Origin: Octopus vulgaris
Lineage: Eukaryota
Assembly (NCBI GenBank): GCA_951406725.2
Contig: OX597817.1
Coordinates: 166,346,001 to 166,410,000, forward strand
DNA length: 64,000 nt
Direction: 5' to 3'
Below the pieces are notes generated by a model that had not been told where the DNA came from, searched no databases, and saw only the letters and a program-made list of their open reading frames with translations. This document shows, in pieces, positions 14,562 through 26,789 of this stretch (positions are counted from its first letter, which is position 1; each line of letters opens with the position of its first letter). Both the position numbers and the translations under genes were made by a program.

Positions 14562-15175
14562 CTAAAACAAAAACAAAAACAAAACAAAAATCAAAAAGTA
14601 GTAATAATAAATAAATAAATAAATAAATAAAAGAACTAAATAAATGTCGGATAGGAACCCAAAAGCTTTTTCCTTGTCAATTAAGCACATACAAGAATTC
14701 CACATACGCACCAATGTTATATCGCTCACACGCACGCACACACGTAAATATAAGGGCGTTGGAAATATAGGTGTTATGCGCTGGGGATGGGTGGAGAAAT
14801 TACCAAGGGAGAAAAAAAATCTGATGTAAAACACCCCCCTATAGTCTTCACTACGATCTCCTGTCCGCCACACCATACATTTCAAGTGTCGGCTTCAGAA
14901 ATCTGGCAGTGTGTTAAGGCTGACTTTGGTTTTCTTGTGGTTTTGTTTGTTTATCTGTTTGTTTATCAGTTTGCTTCCAGTACACACGTGTGTGTGTATG
15001 TGTGTGTGTGTGTGCGTGCGAGTACACACGCACACACACATATACACGCACACACACACACACACAGAGTATTGCCCCATCCTTTACGGACAACAAGGTT
15101 AGCTCGCTTTTATAGCCAAATCAATTTTAAGACTTAATTAGAGCGAGTAAGTGTTCATGTTGTGCGTCTGTATGG

Positions 15176-15219
<44 letters not shown>

Positions 15220-15285
15220 GTTTGTGTATCTATGCGCGTGTGTGTGTGTATATATAGATATATATATATATGTGTGTGTGTGTAT

Positions 15286-15449
15286 AGGCGCAGAAGTGGC
15301 CGTGTGGCAAGAAGCTTGCTTTCCAACTACATGGTTCCTGGTTCGATCCCACTGCGTGGCACATTGGGCTAGTGTCTTCTACTATAGCCACGGGCTGACC
15401 AAAGCTGTGTGAGTGAATTTGGTAGACGGAAACTGGAAGAAGCTCGTCG

Positions 15450-15480
<31 letters not shown>

Positions 15481-15597
15481 GCTTTGCCTTTCATCATTTT
15501 TGGGTCAATAAATTAAGTACCAGTGAAAGACTGGTGTCGATGTAATTGACTAGTTCCCTCCCACCAAATTCGAGGCCCTGTGCCTCAAGTAGAAAGG

Positions 15598-15636
<39 letters not shown>

Positions 15637-15774
15637 GTTGTTGTTGTTGTTGTTGTTGTTGTTCCTGGTTCAATCCCACTGTGTGGCACATTGGGCTAGT
15701 GTCTTCTACTATATCCACGTGCCGACCAAAGCTTGTGAGTGAATTTGGTAGACGGAAACTGGAAGAAGCTCGTC

Positions 15775-15813
<39 letters not shown>

Positions 15814-15818
15814 GTGTG

Positions 15819-15853
<35 letters not shown>

Positions 15854-16096
15854 AGTGAGAATTTACAACAAAAAAAACAGAAGACGGGTGTGTAAACAGC
15901 AAACAGATGTATTAGTTTAACGCTCGGTAAGTGAGAAAGACTTGTACGTTTCGATCCTACGCTCTTCGACAGAAAGGAACACGGGAACAAACATTGAGAG
16001 AAGATAAAAGGAAATGAAATAGGGAGAGAAAATAAAAATGGTTTAGTGGCTAGCGATCTATCATGGCGAATATATATAATATGTGTGTGTCTATGT

Positions 16097-16148
<52 letters not shown>

Positions 16149-16345
16149 CCCCACCACCACCACCATCGCTTGACAACGGATGCTGCTCTGTTTACGTCCC
16201 CGTAATCTAGCGGTTCGGTAACGGATTCCGATAGAACAAGTACTAGGCTTACAAAGAATAAGTCCTGGGGTCGATTTGCTCGACTAAAAGGCGGTGCTCC
16301 AGCATGGCCGCTGTCAAAATGACTAGGGCAAGTAAAAGAATAAAG
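15286..16345 (+). mobile_element. SINE family A, internally duplicated and split by insertions
   Basis: 5' half at 15286-15449 is repeated at 15661-15776; 3' half at about 16140-16345. Confidence 0.8.
15851..16070 (-). mobile_element. Short repeat with minimal hammerhead-like motif (15941-15976)
   Basis: Homologous to 40538-40716. Minus strand: CTTT-CTGTCGA-A-GAGCGTAGGATC-GAAA-CG-TA-CAAG. Confidence 0.6.
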
Positions 16346-16654
16346 GAATATATATACATGCATACACATACATACACACAGATACACACAGACACACACA
16401 CAGACACACACACACACACACATAAGCAAAGTAGCTAGTTGTAAAATTCCAATAAGAGATGAGAGTAGTAACTATAATTATACTAACAAGTAAAGTTAAT
16501 CACTACATCAATATGGCTGTCCAATGTTGCTACTATTTTAACACTGGGCAGTTAATTTGGTATATACACTCACACACATAATTTAAATGAACGTGTGCTA
16601 AAAGAAATAAAAAATGGCGGCCAGATGCATGATTATGGACCATGAAGACAAATA

Positions 16655-16883
16655 TATATTTCTTTACTACCCACAAGGGGCTAAACACAGAGGGAACAAA
16701 CAAGGACAGACAAACGGATTAAGTAGATTACATCGACCCCAATGCGTAACTGGTACTTATTTAATCGACCCCGAAAGGATGACAGTCAAAGTCGACCTCG
16801 GCGGAATTTGAACTCAGAACGTAGCGGCAGACGAAATACTGCTAAGCATTTCGCCCGGCGTGCTAACGTTTCTGCCAGCTCGA
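16655..16883 (-). mobile_element. SINE family B
   Basis: Near full-length match to 9786-10015. Confidence 0.85.
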
Positions 16884-17269
16884 GACAAATATAGTTGTAG
16901 GAATGTATTTGTATGAAGTTTTTATATCATCTTCGGGAGATGATTATAGAAATGTCTTACCGCATTTGATACGGATTTCAAATGAAAAGGGATGATGAGT
17001 AATCCCAAGGATCGATTATTTTCTAAAATCAACATGCCACTGAGTGATAGACAGGCAGAGAAAGGACATCTATGGAGAAGTGCTTCTTCCGCAATAAACA
17101 TCGTCAATACACCTGGCATATTCCTAAATGCCTAAATGCAAACTCTGACCAACAAGTTGGAACACACACACACCAACATGCATACACACACATACACAGA
17201 CAAACATATATAAATACAAAAGTATGTATTTATTTATGTATGACTCTATGTATGTATATATGTATGTGT

Positions 17270-17658
17270 GGAGGCGCAATGGCTCAGTGGTTAGGGCAGC
17301 GGACTCGCGGTCATAGGATCGCGGCTTCGATTCCCAGACCGGGCGTTGTGAGTGTTTATTGAGCGAAGACACCTAAAGCTCCACGAGGCTCCGGCAGGGG
17401 ATGGTGGTGATCCCTGCTGTACTCTTTCACCACAACTTTCTCTCGCTCTTACTTCCTGTTTCTGTTGTACCTGTATTTCAAAGGGCCGGCCTTGTCACTC
17501 TCTGTGTCACACTGAATATCCCCGAGAACTACGTTAAGGGTGCACGTGTCTGTGGAGTGCTCAGCCACTTACACGTTAATTTCACGAGCAGGCTGTTCCG
17601 TTGATTCGGTCCAACCGGAACCCTCGTCGTCGTAACCGACGGAGTGCTTCAAAAAAAA
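17270..17658 (+). mobile_element. tRNA-derived SINE, family C
   Basis: A-box TGGCTCAGTGG and B-box TTCGATTCC; near-identical to 55995-56378; A-tail; flanking ATATGTATGTGT duplication. Confidence 0.88.
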
Positions 17659-17807
17659 ATATGTATGTGTGTATATTATGTGTATATGATAAAACTCTTT
17701 TGTAAACATGTCGCATTTAGCACCGAAAATATTAATGAAACATACTGGTGTAATTGAAATACGTACTGTAAAATAGATAAGACGACAGACTGGTATAAAT
17801 AATATCG

Positions 17808-18139
17808 GACAAGTGTCTTCTACTATAGCCTCGGGTCGACCAAAGCCTTGTGTGTGCATTTGGTAGATGGAAACTGTAAGAAGCCCGTCGTGTATATGTA
17901 TATATATATGTATGTGTGTGTGTATATGTTTGTGTTTGTCCCCCCCAACATCGCTTGACAACCGATGCTGGTGTGTTTACGTCCCCGTAACCTAGCGGTT
18001 CGGCCTAAGTAAGCGATAGAATAAGTACTAGGCTTACAAAGAATAAGTCCTGGGGTCGATTTGCTCGATTAAACGTGGTGCTCCAGCATGGCCGCAGTCA
18101 AATGACTGAAACAGGTAAAAGAGTAAAAGAGTAAAAGAG
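17808..18139 (+). mobile_element. SINE family A, 5'-truncated
   Basis: Body and (GTAAAAGA)n tail match family A. Confidence 0.85.
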
Positions 18140-18706
18140 CACCACTGCCGAAGATCTTGTGATGCAATACAGAGCTTGGAAATTAAAGATCATACCAGCT
18201 GCGTTCTTTATACCAACACATTTAACATAATATAATAAATAACATTACAAATTCTGCATGAAAACCATTAGAATAATTGGTAAAATTATACGTTGTATGT
18301 TAGTTCCATTAAAGCGGGCGATACTTAAGTGACATCAGTATACGTTTAGCTACACCATTCGACAACATGTCATGCACATTATGGTAACTGACAGAAGGTT
18401 TTATTATTTGAAACTCATTGACAAAATTTTAATGGCCAAAATTGTATTGTTTATTTGTGTGTTTAACATCATTCTGCTAGAGAGTGTTTTGTTCGTTAAA
18501 GGATAATTTAGTGGATGGAACATCCTAAAAGTTAATCTACTTGTGCTGGAAAGTTTTATACATATAAGGAATGGTTGTTGTCACCTCAACAACTTACTCT
18601 TTTTAACCCTAGGAGGACACCTACTCCAACTGGTTAACGACGATAAATGTGTTCGTTATACATTGCAAACAAGGGAGTGAACAATTCCAATTAAGCGGCG
18701 ACGAGA

Positions 18707-18754
18707 CCAGCAGACCAGAACAGGTTTCAGGGTCTTATTCTTCCTCAGTACTGG
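18707..18754 (-). ncRNA. Type I hammerhead ribozyme motif
   Basis: Minus strand: CCAGTA-CTGAGGA-AG(AATAAGACC)CT-GAAA-CC(TGTTCT)GG-TC-TGCTGG. Six-bp stem I, GUC site, weak stem II. Confidence 0.6.
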
Positions 18755-19049
18755 ACACCTGTCTGCTAGACATGGCAGCCGTTCTCAATATATAAATAAA
18801 CAAGCGACACTCAAACACTGATTTTGCAAGTGGGAAATTTTAGAACTTCTAATAACAGTTGTTTTACAATCACTTATGTTGTTTCAATGTCTATAAAAGC
18901 AATTACGCACTTTATAAAATGACACAGAAAAATAGAAGAGAAATTCTGGAAACTATATTCATATTGCAATTCAATGCTGGAATTAACATGAAAACACTCT
19001 CATTAAAATATTTGCTTCAAATTTTGGCACAAAACCAGCAATTTTACAT

Positions 19050-20105
19050 GTAATTATTTTATCGACCCCCGAAAGGATAGAAGGCAATGGCAATGACGAC
19101 CTCGGTGGAATTTGAACTCAAAACGTGAAGACAAACGAAATGACCATAAGCCTTTCGTCCGGCGTGCCGACGTTTCTTATTTCTTTACTGCCCACAAGGG
19201 GCTACACACAGAGGGGACAAACAAGGACAGACAAACGGATTAAGTCGATTATATCGACCCCAGTGCGTAACTGGTACATATTTAATCGACTCCGAAAGGA
19301 TGAAAGGCAAAGTCAACCTCGGCGGAATTTGAACTCGGAATGTAGCGGCAGACGAAATGCCCCTAAGCATTTTGCCCAGTGTGTCAACGAATCTGCCGGC
19401 TTGCCACCGTAGACATACACACACGCACATAAAAACGCGCGCGCGCGCATGCATTAGGACATTTGTTTCAAATTTTACAACAGGGCCAGCAATTTCGTGG
19501 GAAGGAATAAGTCAATTAAATCCACCCCAGTGATGTTAGTTATTTTATCAATCCCGAAAAGACAAATGGCATAACTGACCTCGGCGGAATTTGGACTCTG
19601 ACGGACGAAAGCTACTAAGAATTTTGTCCGCTGTCAAACTAGGACAAACACAAAACGCACACATTAAAATATTCTTTTCTACTCTAAGCACAAGGCTCGA
19701 AATTTTGAGGGGAGAGGGCCAGTCTATTAGATCGACCCCAGTACGGTATTGGAACTTAATTTATTGACCCTGAAAGGATGAAAGGCAAAGTCGGCCTCGA
19801 CGAAATCTGAACTCAGAACGTAAAGACAGAGAAAATACCGCTGAGAATTTCGCCCGGCGTGCTAACGCTTATTATTTCTTTACTGCCCACAATGGGTTAT
19901 ACACAGAGGGGACAAACAAGGACAGAAAAACGGATTAAGTCGATTATACCGATCCCAGTGCGTAACTGGTACTTATTTAATCGACCCCGAAAGGATGATA
20001 AGCAAAGTCGACCTCGGCGGAATTTGAACTCAGAACGTAACGGCAGACGAAATACCCTTAAGCATTTCGCACAGTGTGCTAACGATTCTACCAGATCGGC
20101 GCCTT
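19050..20105 (-). mobile_element. Cluster of SINE family B copies
   Basis: About five partial or full copies. Confidence 0.85.
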
Positions 20106-20319
20106 TAAAAGCCAAATATATTGAACGGAATTCATGATGATGAAAATTTGAAGAGCAAGAAACGTCGGAAATAGATTTAGGAAATTAGTTGTCCTAAATC
20201 AAGGGTAAAAAGCTAATAATAAAATAAGAAAGGTCACAGATATAAAAAAAAATTTGAACGCAGTCGTGTATTTCACGATACATACATAAAATAAAAACCA
20301 ACTAATCACATTGTGTGTG

Positions 20320-20368
<49 letters not shown>

Positions 20369-20509
20369 AATTCCAGGAACTTAGATCCAAATTAGGAATT
20401 ATATAATCCCCAAAAGTCCACTGGTTAATCACTATCATATAATGCAAAATTCTCTGTGATGTGTTAAGGATTATTGTAGTAATACATATTATTAATATTG
20501 AAAGAATCA

Positions 20510-20727
20510 AAATGGAGAAAATGCATGTATGTATAATTTATTTGTATACTATGAAGATGCTGAAATATTTGAAACCTTAACAATACAAATAAGTTATAAT
20601 TTGTAAAGCTCAAAAGAGTTTTTGGTCTTTACAACTTATAACTTATTTGTATTGTTATGTCCTTTAAAAATTTCAGCATCTTTATAGCATACAAATGAAT
20701 TGTTCATACATCCATTTTTCTCCATTT
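20510..20727. repeat. Foldback element with imperfect arms of about 100 bp (MITE-like)
   Basis: AAATGGAGAAAATG...AACAATACAAATAAGTTATAATTTGTAAAG pairs with CTTTACAACTTATAACTTATTTGTATTGTT...TTCTCCATTT. Confidence 0.8.
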
Positions 20728-20740
20728 ACTTTCTTCCTTC

Positions 20741-20788
<48 letters not shown>

Positions 20789-20789
20789 C

Positions 20790-21312
20790 TATATGCATTT
20801 AACAAGTCAACATCGGCTTCTTCTGTCTTCCGCAAGCCGATCTTCTGAATGCGTTCTAACGAATTTTTCCACCGTCTAGGCTTTAAAAAAGCCCTTATTG
20901 TTGGTTTCCTTGTCCTGTTTTTATTCTTTATTTGTACTGTTTTTTTTCTTCATTTGTATTGCTTTTACGTCCTGTTCTTGTCACTTTTTTTTACCCCTCT
21001 GCAAAAGAATTTTATTTAATTCATTTTGCAGGAAGGATTGTTTCGGTCGGATCGTGTTCTGCCCTTACCTTCGAAACACGCATTGAGTCGAAACAGGGGC
21101 AGCTGATGAAGGGGAATATTCCTTGTATTGTTTGTCTTGTACTCTGTTTTTTCGTTGTTAAAAAAATGTCCGTTTCCTTGTTTGATTTAATGGTTTCGTT
21201 TTTCGCTGTATTCTACGTTTATTTGTGGTGTCCTGTACTCATATATGCATCTATATATACATATAGATGTAGGTATGTACATACATGTATGTGTGTATGT
21301 TTTATTTATTAA

Positions 21313-21317
<5 letters not shown>
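20790..21317 (+). mobile_element. Non-coding repeat carrying a permuted hammerhead (copy 1)
   Basis: Colinear with 31320-31782: shared CCCCTCTGC..GCAGGAAGG hairpin, CCTTCGAAAC, CTGANGAAGGGG and GGTGTCCTGTACTCATATATGC. Ends in (TA)n. Confidence 0.7.
21053..21114 (+). ncRNA. Non-circularly permuted hammerhead ribozyme candidate
   Basis: CGTGT-T-CTGCCCTT / CCTTC-GAAA-CACG / AGGGGCAG-CTGATGA-AGGGG; stems I and III pair fully. Confidence 0.65.
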
Positions 21318-21350
<33 letters not shown>

Positions 21351-21898
21351 TACATACATGCATGCCCACATCCTTAGTTTTACATGGATATGTACCTACC
21401 ACACATACATGTCTATACAAACATACACACATGCATATACATACATACATGCATACACACACACACACTCACATATATATATATGAATACAGACTCAACC
21501 ATAAACCCATATATATATATATATGTCTGTATGTATATATATATGTACATATATATATATATACACACGCACACACATACACGCAGCTATAAACCCACAT
21601 ACGCATATATATACACACACATTACCCGAGCATGGATATAGATACAAGCACATATACGCCCATATACACTCAGAAAAACTCACATATGAATGCATACATA
21701 GATGCATACTTAAGTACAAACACACATTCTTACCAAAGAGAAGCGTCGAACAATAGACAAAAGATTAATTAAGAAACAACGAGAGCTTATCACATTTCTA
21801 AAGTAAATCTTCTTATTCTGACGGAGGGCCAGGTTTAGCAGGATATCTTTTAATAAACACGAAGAACTAGCGTGTGTATTCAGATCGTCTATGTATGT

Positions 21899-21952
21899 TA
21901 ACTGTCATCAGCGTCGGGTGTGGTGTTTCAGGAGCTATGCCGACAGAGACAC
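21899..21952 (-). ncRNA. Second, degenerate permuted hammerhead-like motif
   Basis: Minus strand: GTGT-C-tc-TGTCGG / TAGCTcct-GAAA-CAC / CCGACG-CTGATGA-c-AGTTA. Confidence 0.4.
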
Positions 21953-22024
21953 GCCATTAACTTCTTGCTCAAAGTAAGGCGCCGCGCTTTTAGGAAGAGT
22001 CGCTAGGCCCTACCAAAATACACT

Positions 22025-22093
<69 letters not shown>

Positions 22094-22260
22094 TTGTCTG
22101 TCTGTCTGTCTGTCTGTCTGCCTGTCTGTCTGCCTGCCTGTCTGTCTGTCTGTCTGTCTGTGTGTCTGTGTGTCTGTCTGCCTGTCTGTCTGTCTGCCTG
22201 TCTGATTGTCTCTTAATTTCCCTTACTCTCTCTGTATATATATAAAAAAAAATAATAATA

Positions 22261-22292
<32 letters not shown>

Positions 22293-22306
22293 AATGATGA
22301 TGAGGA

Positions 22307-22338
<32 letters not shown>

Positions 22339-22393
22339 ATGATGATGGTGATGGTGATGGTGATGATGATGATGGTGATGATGATGGTGATGG

Positions 22394-22444
<51 letters not shown>

Positions 22445-22460
22445 CAGTAATAATAATAAT
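22025..22460. repeat. (TATC)n, (TGTC)n and (GAT/GGT)n microsatellites
   Basis: Direct inspection. Confidence 0.9.
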
Positions 22461-22464
22461 ACTT

Positions 22465-22684
22465 TACCCTGATGCAGTACCAGACAATGCCTCTGATGGC
22501 TTCTGATCTTAACTGATTGGAAGTGTTATCATGTCCATTGTTTTTGTTTTGGTATAAAAGATGGGCTACAGCAAATATTCTGCTCAATACCACAGATTTG
22601 CTTGTCAGTTATTTGACCTTAACCAGTTGAGCATGTCCCTTAGTGGCGGACGATATGTGCATCTCTGACCACGAGCAGAAGTAG
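22465..22684 (-). mobile_element. 3' part of retroposon family E
   Basis: Reverse complement of about 61945-62165 (CTTCCAATCAGTTAAGATCAGAAG...GGTACTGCAT). Confidence 0.75.
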
Positions 22685-22844
22685 ATTAAATCTAATAATC
22701 TATCCGATAGAAATGCATGAACTATTGTGGTGGTGCCATGAAGTAAACATGCTTCAGGTACACTCGTTTACTCATACAAACGTAACTGAGATGGAGTATA
22801 TCATAAATAACAGTGACAAACGAAATATACACCGCCGGAAGTTG

Positions 22845-23035
22845 TTGTTGACAAACAGCGGCAGTAATTTTATTCAGCTGAATATACGCCGCCATTGATT
22901 GGTTGAAATTACCGAAATACGACTACTTTAACACGAAATAACTTCGAAAATACAAACTTTTCTCAACAACGCTAAAAGATGTTTTATATGACACATCCTT
23001 CCGAAGTTTGAAAAAACTTCTTTCGAAGTTTGAAA
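22845..23035. mobile_element. Unclassified non-autonomous DNA-transposon-like repeat fragment
   Basis: Related in inverted orientation to about 43780-43955 (CATTGATTGGTTGAAATT, AAGATGTTTTAT, CGAAGTTT). Confidence 0.5.
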
Positions 23036-24376
23036 GAATAAATACTAGGCTTACAAAAAATAAGTCCTGGGAGCAATTTCTTCGACTAAAACCCTCTAAG
23101 GCGGTGCTCCAGCATGGTCACAGTTAAATGTATGAAAAAAGTAAAAGAATTAAAAAAAATAATTTAATTAATAATAACGGTTTGAAAAACTCTGTCCTCA
23201 ACTGTTTGTTTACTTCGAGTTTTGTGATGTCACATACCAAAACATCACTTCTTCCCATTTTGTTTTGGCTGTAATTTGCCCAACTTCAACTATTTCATTT
23301 CAGTGAATTAAATAAAAGTAACGCATGCATCAGTAAAATGCATTGAATACTTTTAATGATACGCAAAATCCCTTATCTTATGACTAAGGTTACCCTATTT
23401 ATACACACATGCACGCATACACAAGATATATTCGTATATATACATATAGAAACACATGCACACACCTACCCACACACGCACGCAAACACACACACACATA
23501 TATACATATATGCACACACACGTGTGTGCGTGACTGTAAGTTACACAGCTGATAATAAATACATGGTTTTTTCTTTTTAAATACAATTGCACAATTGTCT
23601 TCTTTGTTTCAATTCCTTTCAAGATTACAGCGTTTGTAGTCTGTCTGCATTTCATTCAGTTTTATAATATTTATCTAAACTATAAAATATGTGTACAGAT
23701 ACATCATACATTTTCTTGCCTTTAAATTATCATTTACGAGACAACAATTTTATTACTATATCTGCATATATTTTTGTTCATCATATTTCTTTCAAATTGT
23801 TACGAATTTATATACTAAATGTAAAAGGCTTTATTCTATTTGATAATATTAAAGTCCAAGATATTTAATACACAATCATACGCACACAAACATGCATAAC
23901 ATTTGCAAAGAACCTAAGATTACATTATTGGATTTAATAGGGATGTGAACTATATTGCTTAAAAGCGAACAGGAACTTATATATATTTATATATGATCTA
24001 ATGTATAAAACGATAACAAAGACACAAGCAAAGTTTCAAATACACAATGTTCTTTAGAAAATGTCGTTAAGGCTTATGCTTTATGTAGCATATAACACTC
24101 TGGTGAAATTCCCTATTTACTGTGAGAAGGGAAAAGGAATTAAAGGAAACGTATTAATGTACAAGAAAAAAAGTATTTGGGTGTGTTAAGCAAATTATTA
24201 CCTTTTCAGAAATTTAATAGGTTCTAAATATGAGATTCATTTAACTTGTCGGTTAAGTAATTGGATGTTGGGGTATAAAACAGAGTTGTAATGGTTCTAA
24301 ATATTTGCTCAGGGTTTAGCATTTTTATTTACGGATATTAAGAACTTTTAATGATTTTCGGAGTATTTTTTTTTTC

Positions 24377-24680
24377 GCCCTTTTTGAGCCTAGCCGGGCT
24401 CATGGGTCCGGTTTCCCGATTTCTGTGGCGTATGTGTTTCCGCCAGCTGGACGGGACGCCAGTCCATCGCAGTGAAACTCAAGAAACAGGAAGAGAGAGT
24501 GAGAGAAAGTTATGGCGAAAAAGTACAACAGGGGTCACCACCCCACGCCGTGCCGGAGCCTCGTGGAGCTTTTAGGTGTTTTTGCTCAATAAACACACAC
24601 AACGCCCGGTCTGGGAATCGAAACCGCGATCCCCCGATCGCGAGTCCGCTGCCCTAACCACTGGGCCATTGCGTCTCCAC
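24377..24680 (-). mobile_element. SINE with family C head and an alternative 3' tail
   Basis: Head matches 17270 onward; tail GGCGTCCCGTCCAG..GGGAAACCGG..CATGAGCC is shared with 27519-27820. Confidence 0.8.
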
Positions 24681-25410
24681 TTCTGAGTATTTTTGAAGAA
24701 TTTGAATAGCAATTTCTTGTTTAAACGAAATATCCGCTTTTATGGCTAGTTTTCTAAATATGTAAGTGCACGTGTGTGTATGTTGATAAAGTTGGTCTTT
24801 GAAAGTGATTAGTGGTTAAACCAGTGTAAAAGGTTTAGGAAAAATTGATGTTAACTCGGGCAGATCCTACTCCACTAATTCAATGAAATTTTATTGACAG
24901 CATTGTGTCCAAAAAATTACAATTAGAAATATTTTCATGGTGGAAATGGATGTTTCTTTTGTGTTTATGTAAAACAATGCGTGATTGAATAAAAGATTAT
25001 AATATTTTTCTTGATAGCTGATGATATTTATGATTCATCGGAAGCATTTCTGTAGGCATTTGGACAGAGTTTAGCTGTTGGTGCTTCAAGTAGTAAATTG
25101 TACAGCAGATTACAACACTTGTACATCTTTTTCAAGCGTATTCGTAGATTGCTAGAACTGTATTTGTATAATAGTTTACAATTTCTTTGGCATTGCTTCT
25201 GCTTAGTACTTTATTGTAAAAGGGAGGTGTCACGTTAAGTAATCTATTCATTTGGTGATATCATATGTGCGTGTGTGTGAAGGCACATGGCTCAGTAGTA
25301 AGAGCATCGAGCTTACGATCGCGAGGTTGTGAGCTGCGTATTGCGTTCTTGAACAAGGCACTTTATTTCACATTGCTCCAGTTCACTCAGTTCACTCCTA
25401 TATGTGTGTG

Positions 25411-25460
<50 letters not shown>

Positions 25461-25914
25461 TGTGTTTGTTTGTTCCACCACCACCGCTTGACAACCGCTG
25501 GTGACGTTATTACGTCCCTCGTAAGTTAGCGGTTCAGCAAAAGTTATCGATAGTATTATTACCAGAAGTAAGAATACAGTAGTGGGGTCGTTTCGTTCAA
25601 CTAAATTTTTCCAAGGTGGTGTTCCAGTATGGCCGCAATCTGTTGACTGAAATGAGTAAAAGACAAAAGACTTTGAAACATGAAAAGAAAAGAAGAACAT
25701 GCCAAGAAACTGAACACATTCCATCAACGATTCCTCTAGAAAACCCCTCAAGTTCACCCACGAAATTAAAAACATTTCTGTGGAGCAGCCCCAGTCGCTT
25801 CAAAACAATGGAGCACTTTATCATCCGGTCTAGGAATCGAAACCACAATCTTACTGTCACGAGTGCAATACCCTAATCATTACGCCACGTGCCTGCAAAC
25901 ACGCGTGAGCGCAC

Positions 25915-25947
<33 letters not shown>

Positions 25948-26049
25948 TGTATGTATGTATGTATGTATATATGTATGTATGTATATTAATACTGTCAGAT
26001 CCCGAAATATGTGTATGCAGAAAAAATGCAGATACATATTTATGCTAGT

Positions 26050-26395
<346 letters not shown>

Positions 26396-26670
26396 TAATG
26401 TGTGTAAATGGGAATATATCACATTGAACAGTAGCTGTCATTTTCCGCCAGATGTCAGCTGTGTATAATGGTAGGTAAGTCAGTTTAGCAGCGCCTTATC
26501 TTATCTCGTTCTATGAGAGCTATACGAATTAATAATATTTTAAGCTGTCTAAGCACAGCTCCTGTCCACACTGTTTAAGCAATCAGCCAACAGATATTAT
26601 GGGGTGTTACACCAAAAGAAACCGTTGCAGCAACTTTAGCAGAACGCTATCGACTAGCTAGCATCATCAT

Positions 26671-26701
<31 letters not shown>

Positions 26702-26789
26702 AGCAGAAGCAACAGTAAGAACAGCTTGAGGCTTTGACGCATTAGAGCATCAGCCGCAATAGCATAATGATCTAAAGCAATAATTCTTA

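Noticed and set aside
17270-17345. tRNA gene calls for SINE heads
   Set aside because: They are 5' domains of interspersed SINEs without complete cloverleaves.
26452-26474. Possible 23-nt plus-strand microexon (CAG/...AG/GTAAGT) overlapping a CTCF-like CCGCCAGATGTCAG
   Set aside because: Short motifs of this kind are expected by chance and have no independent support.
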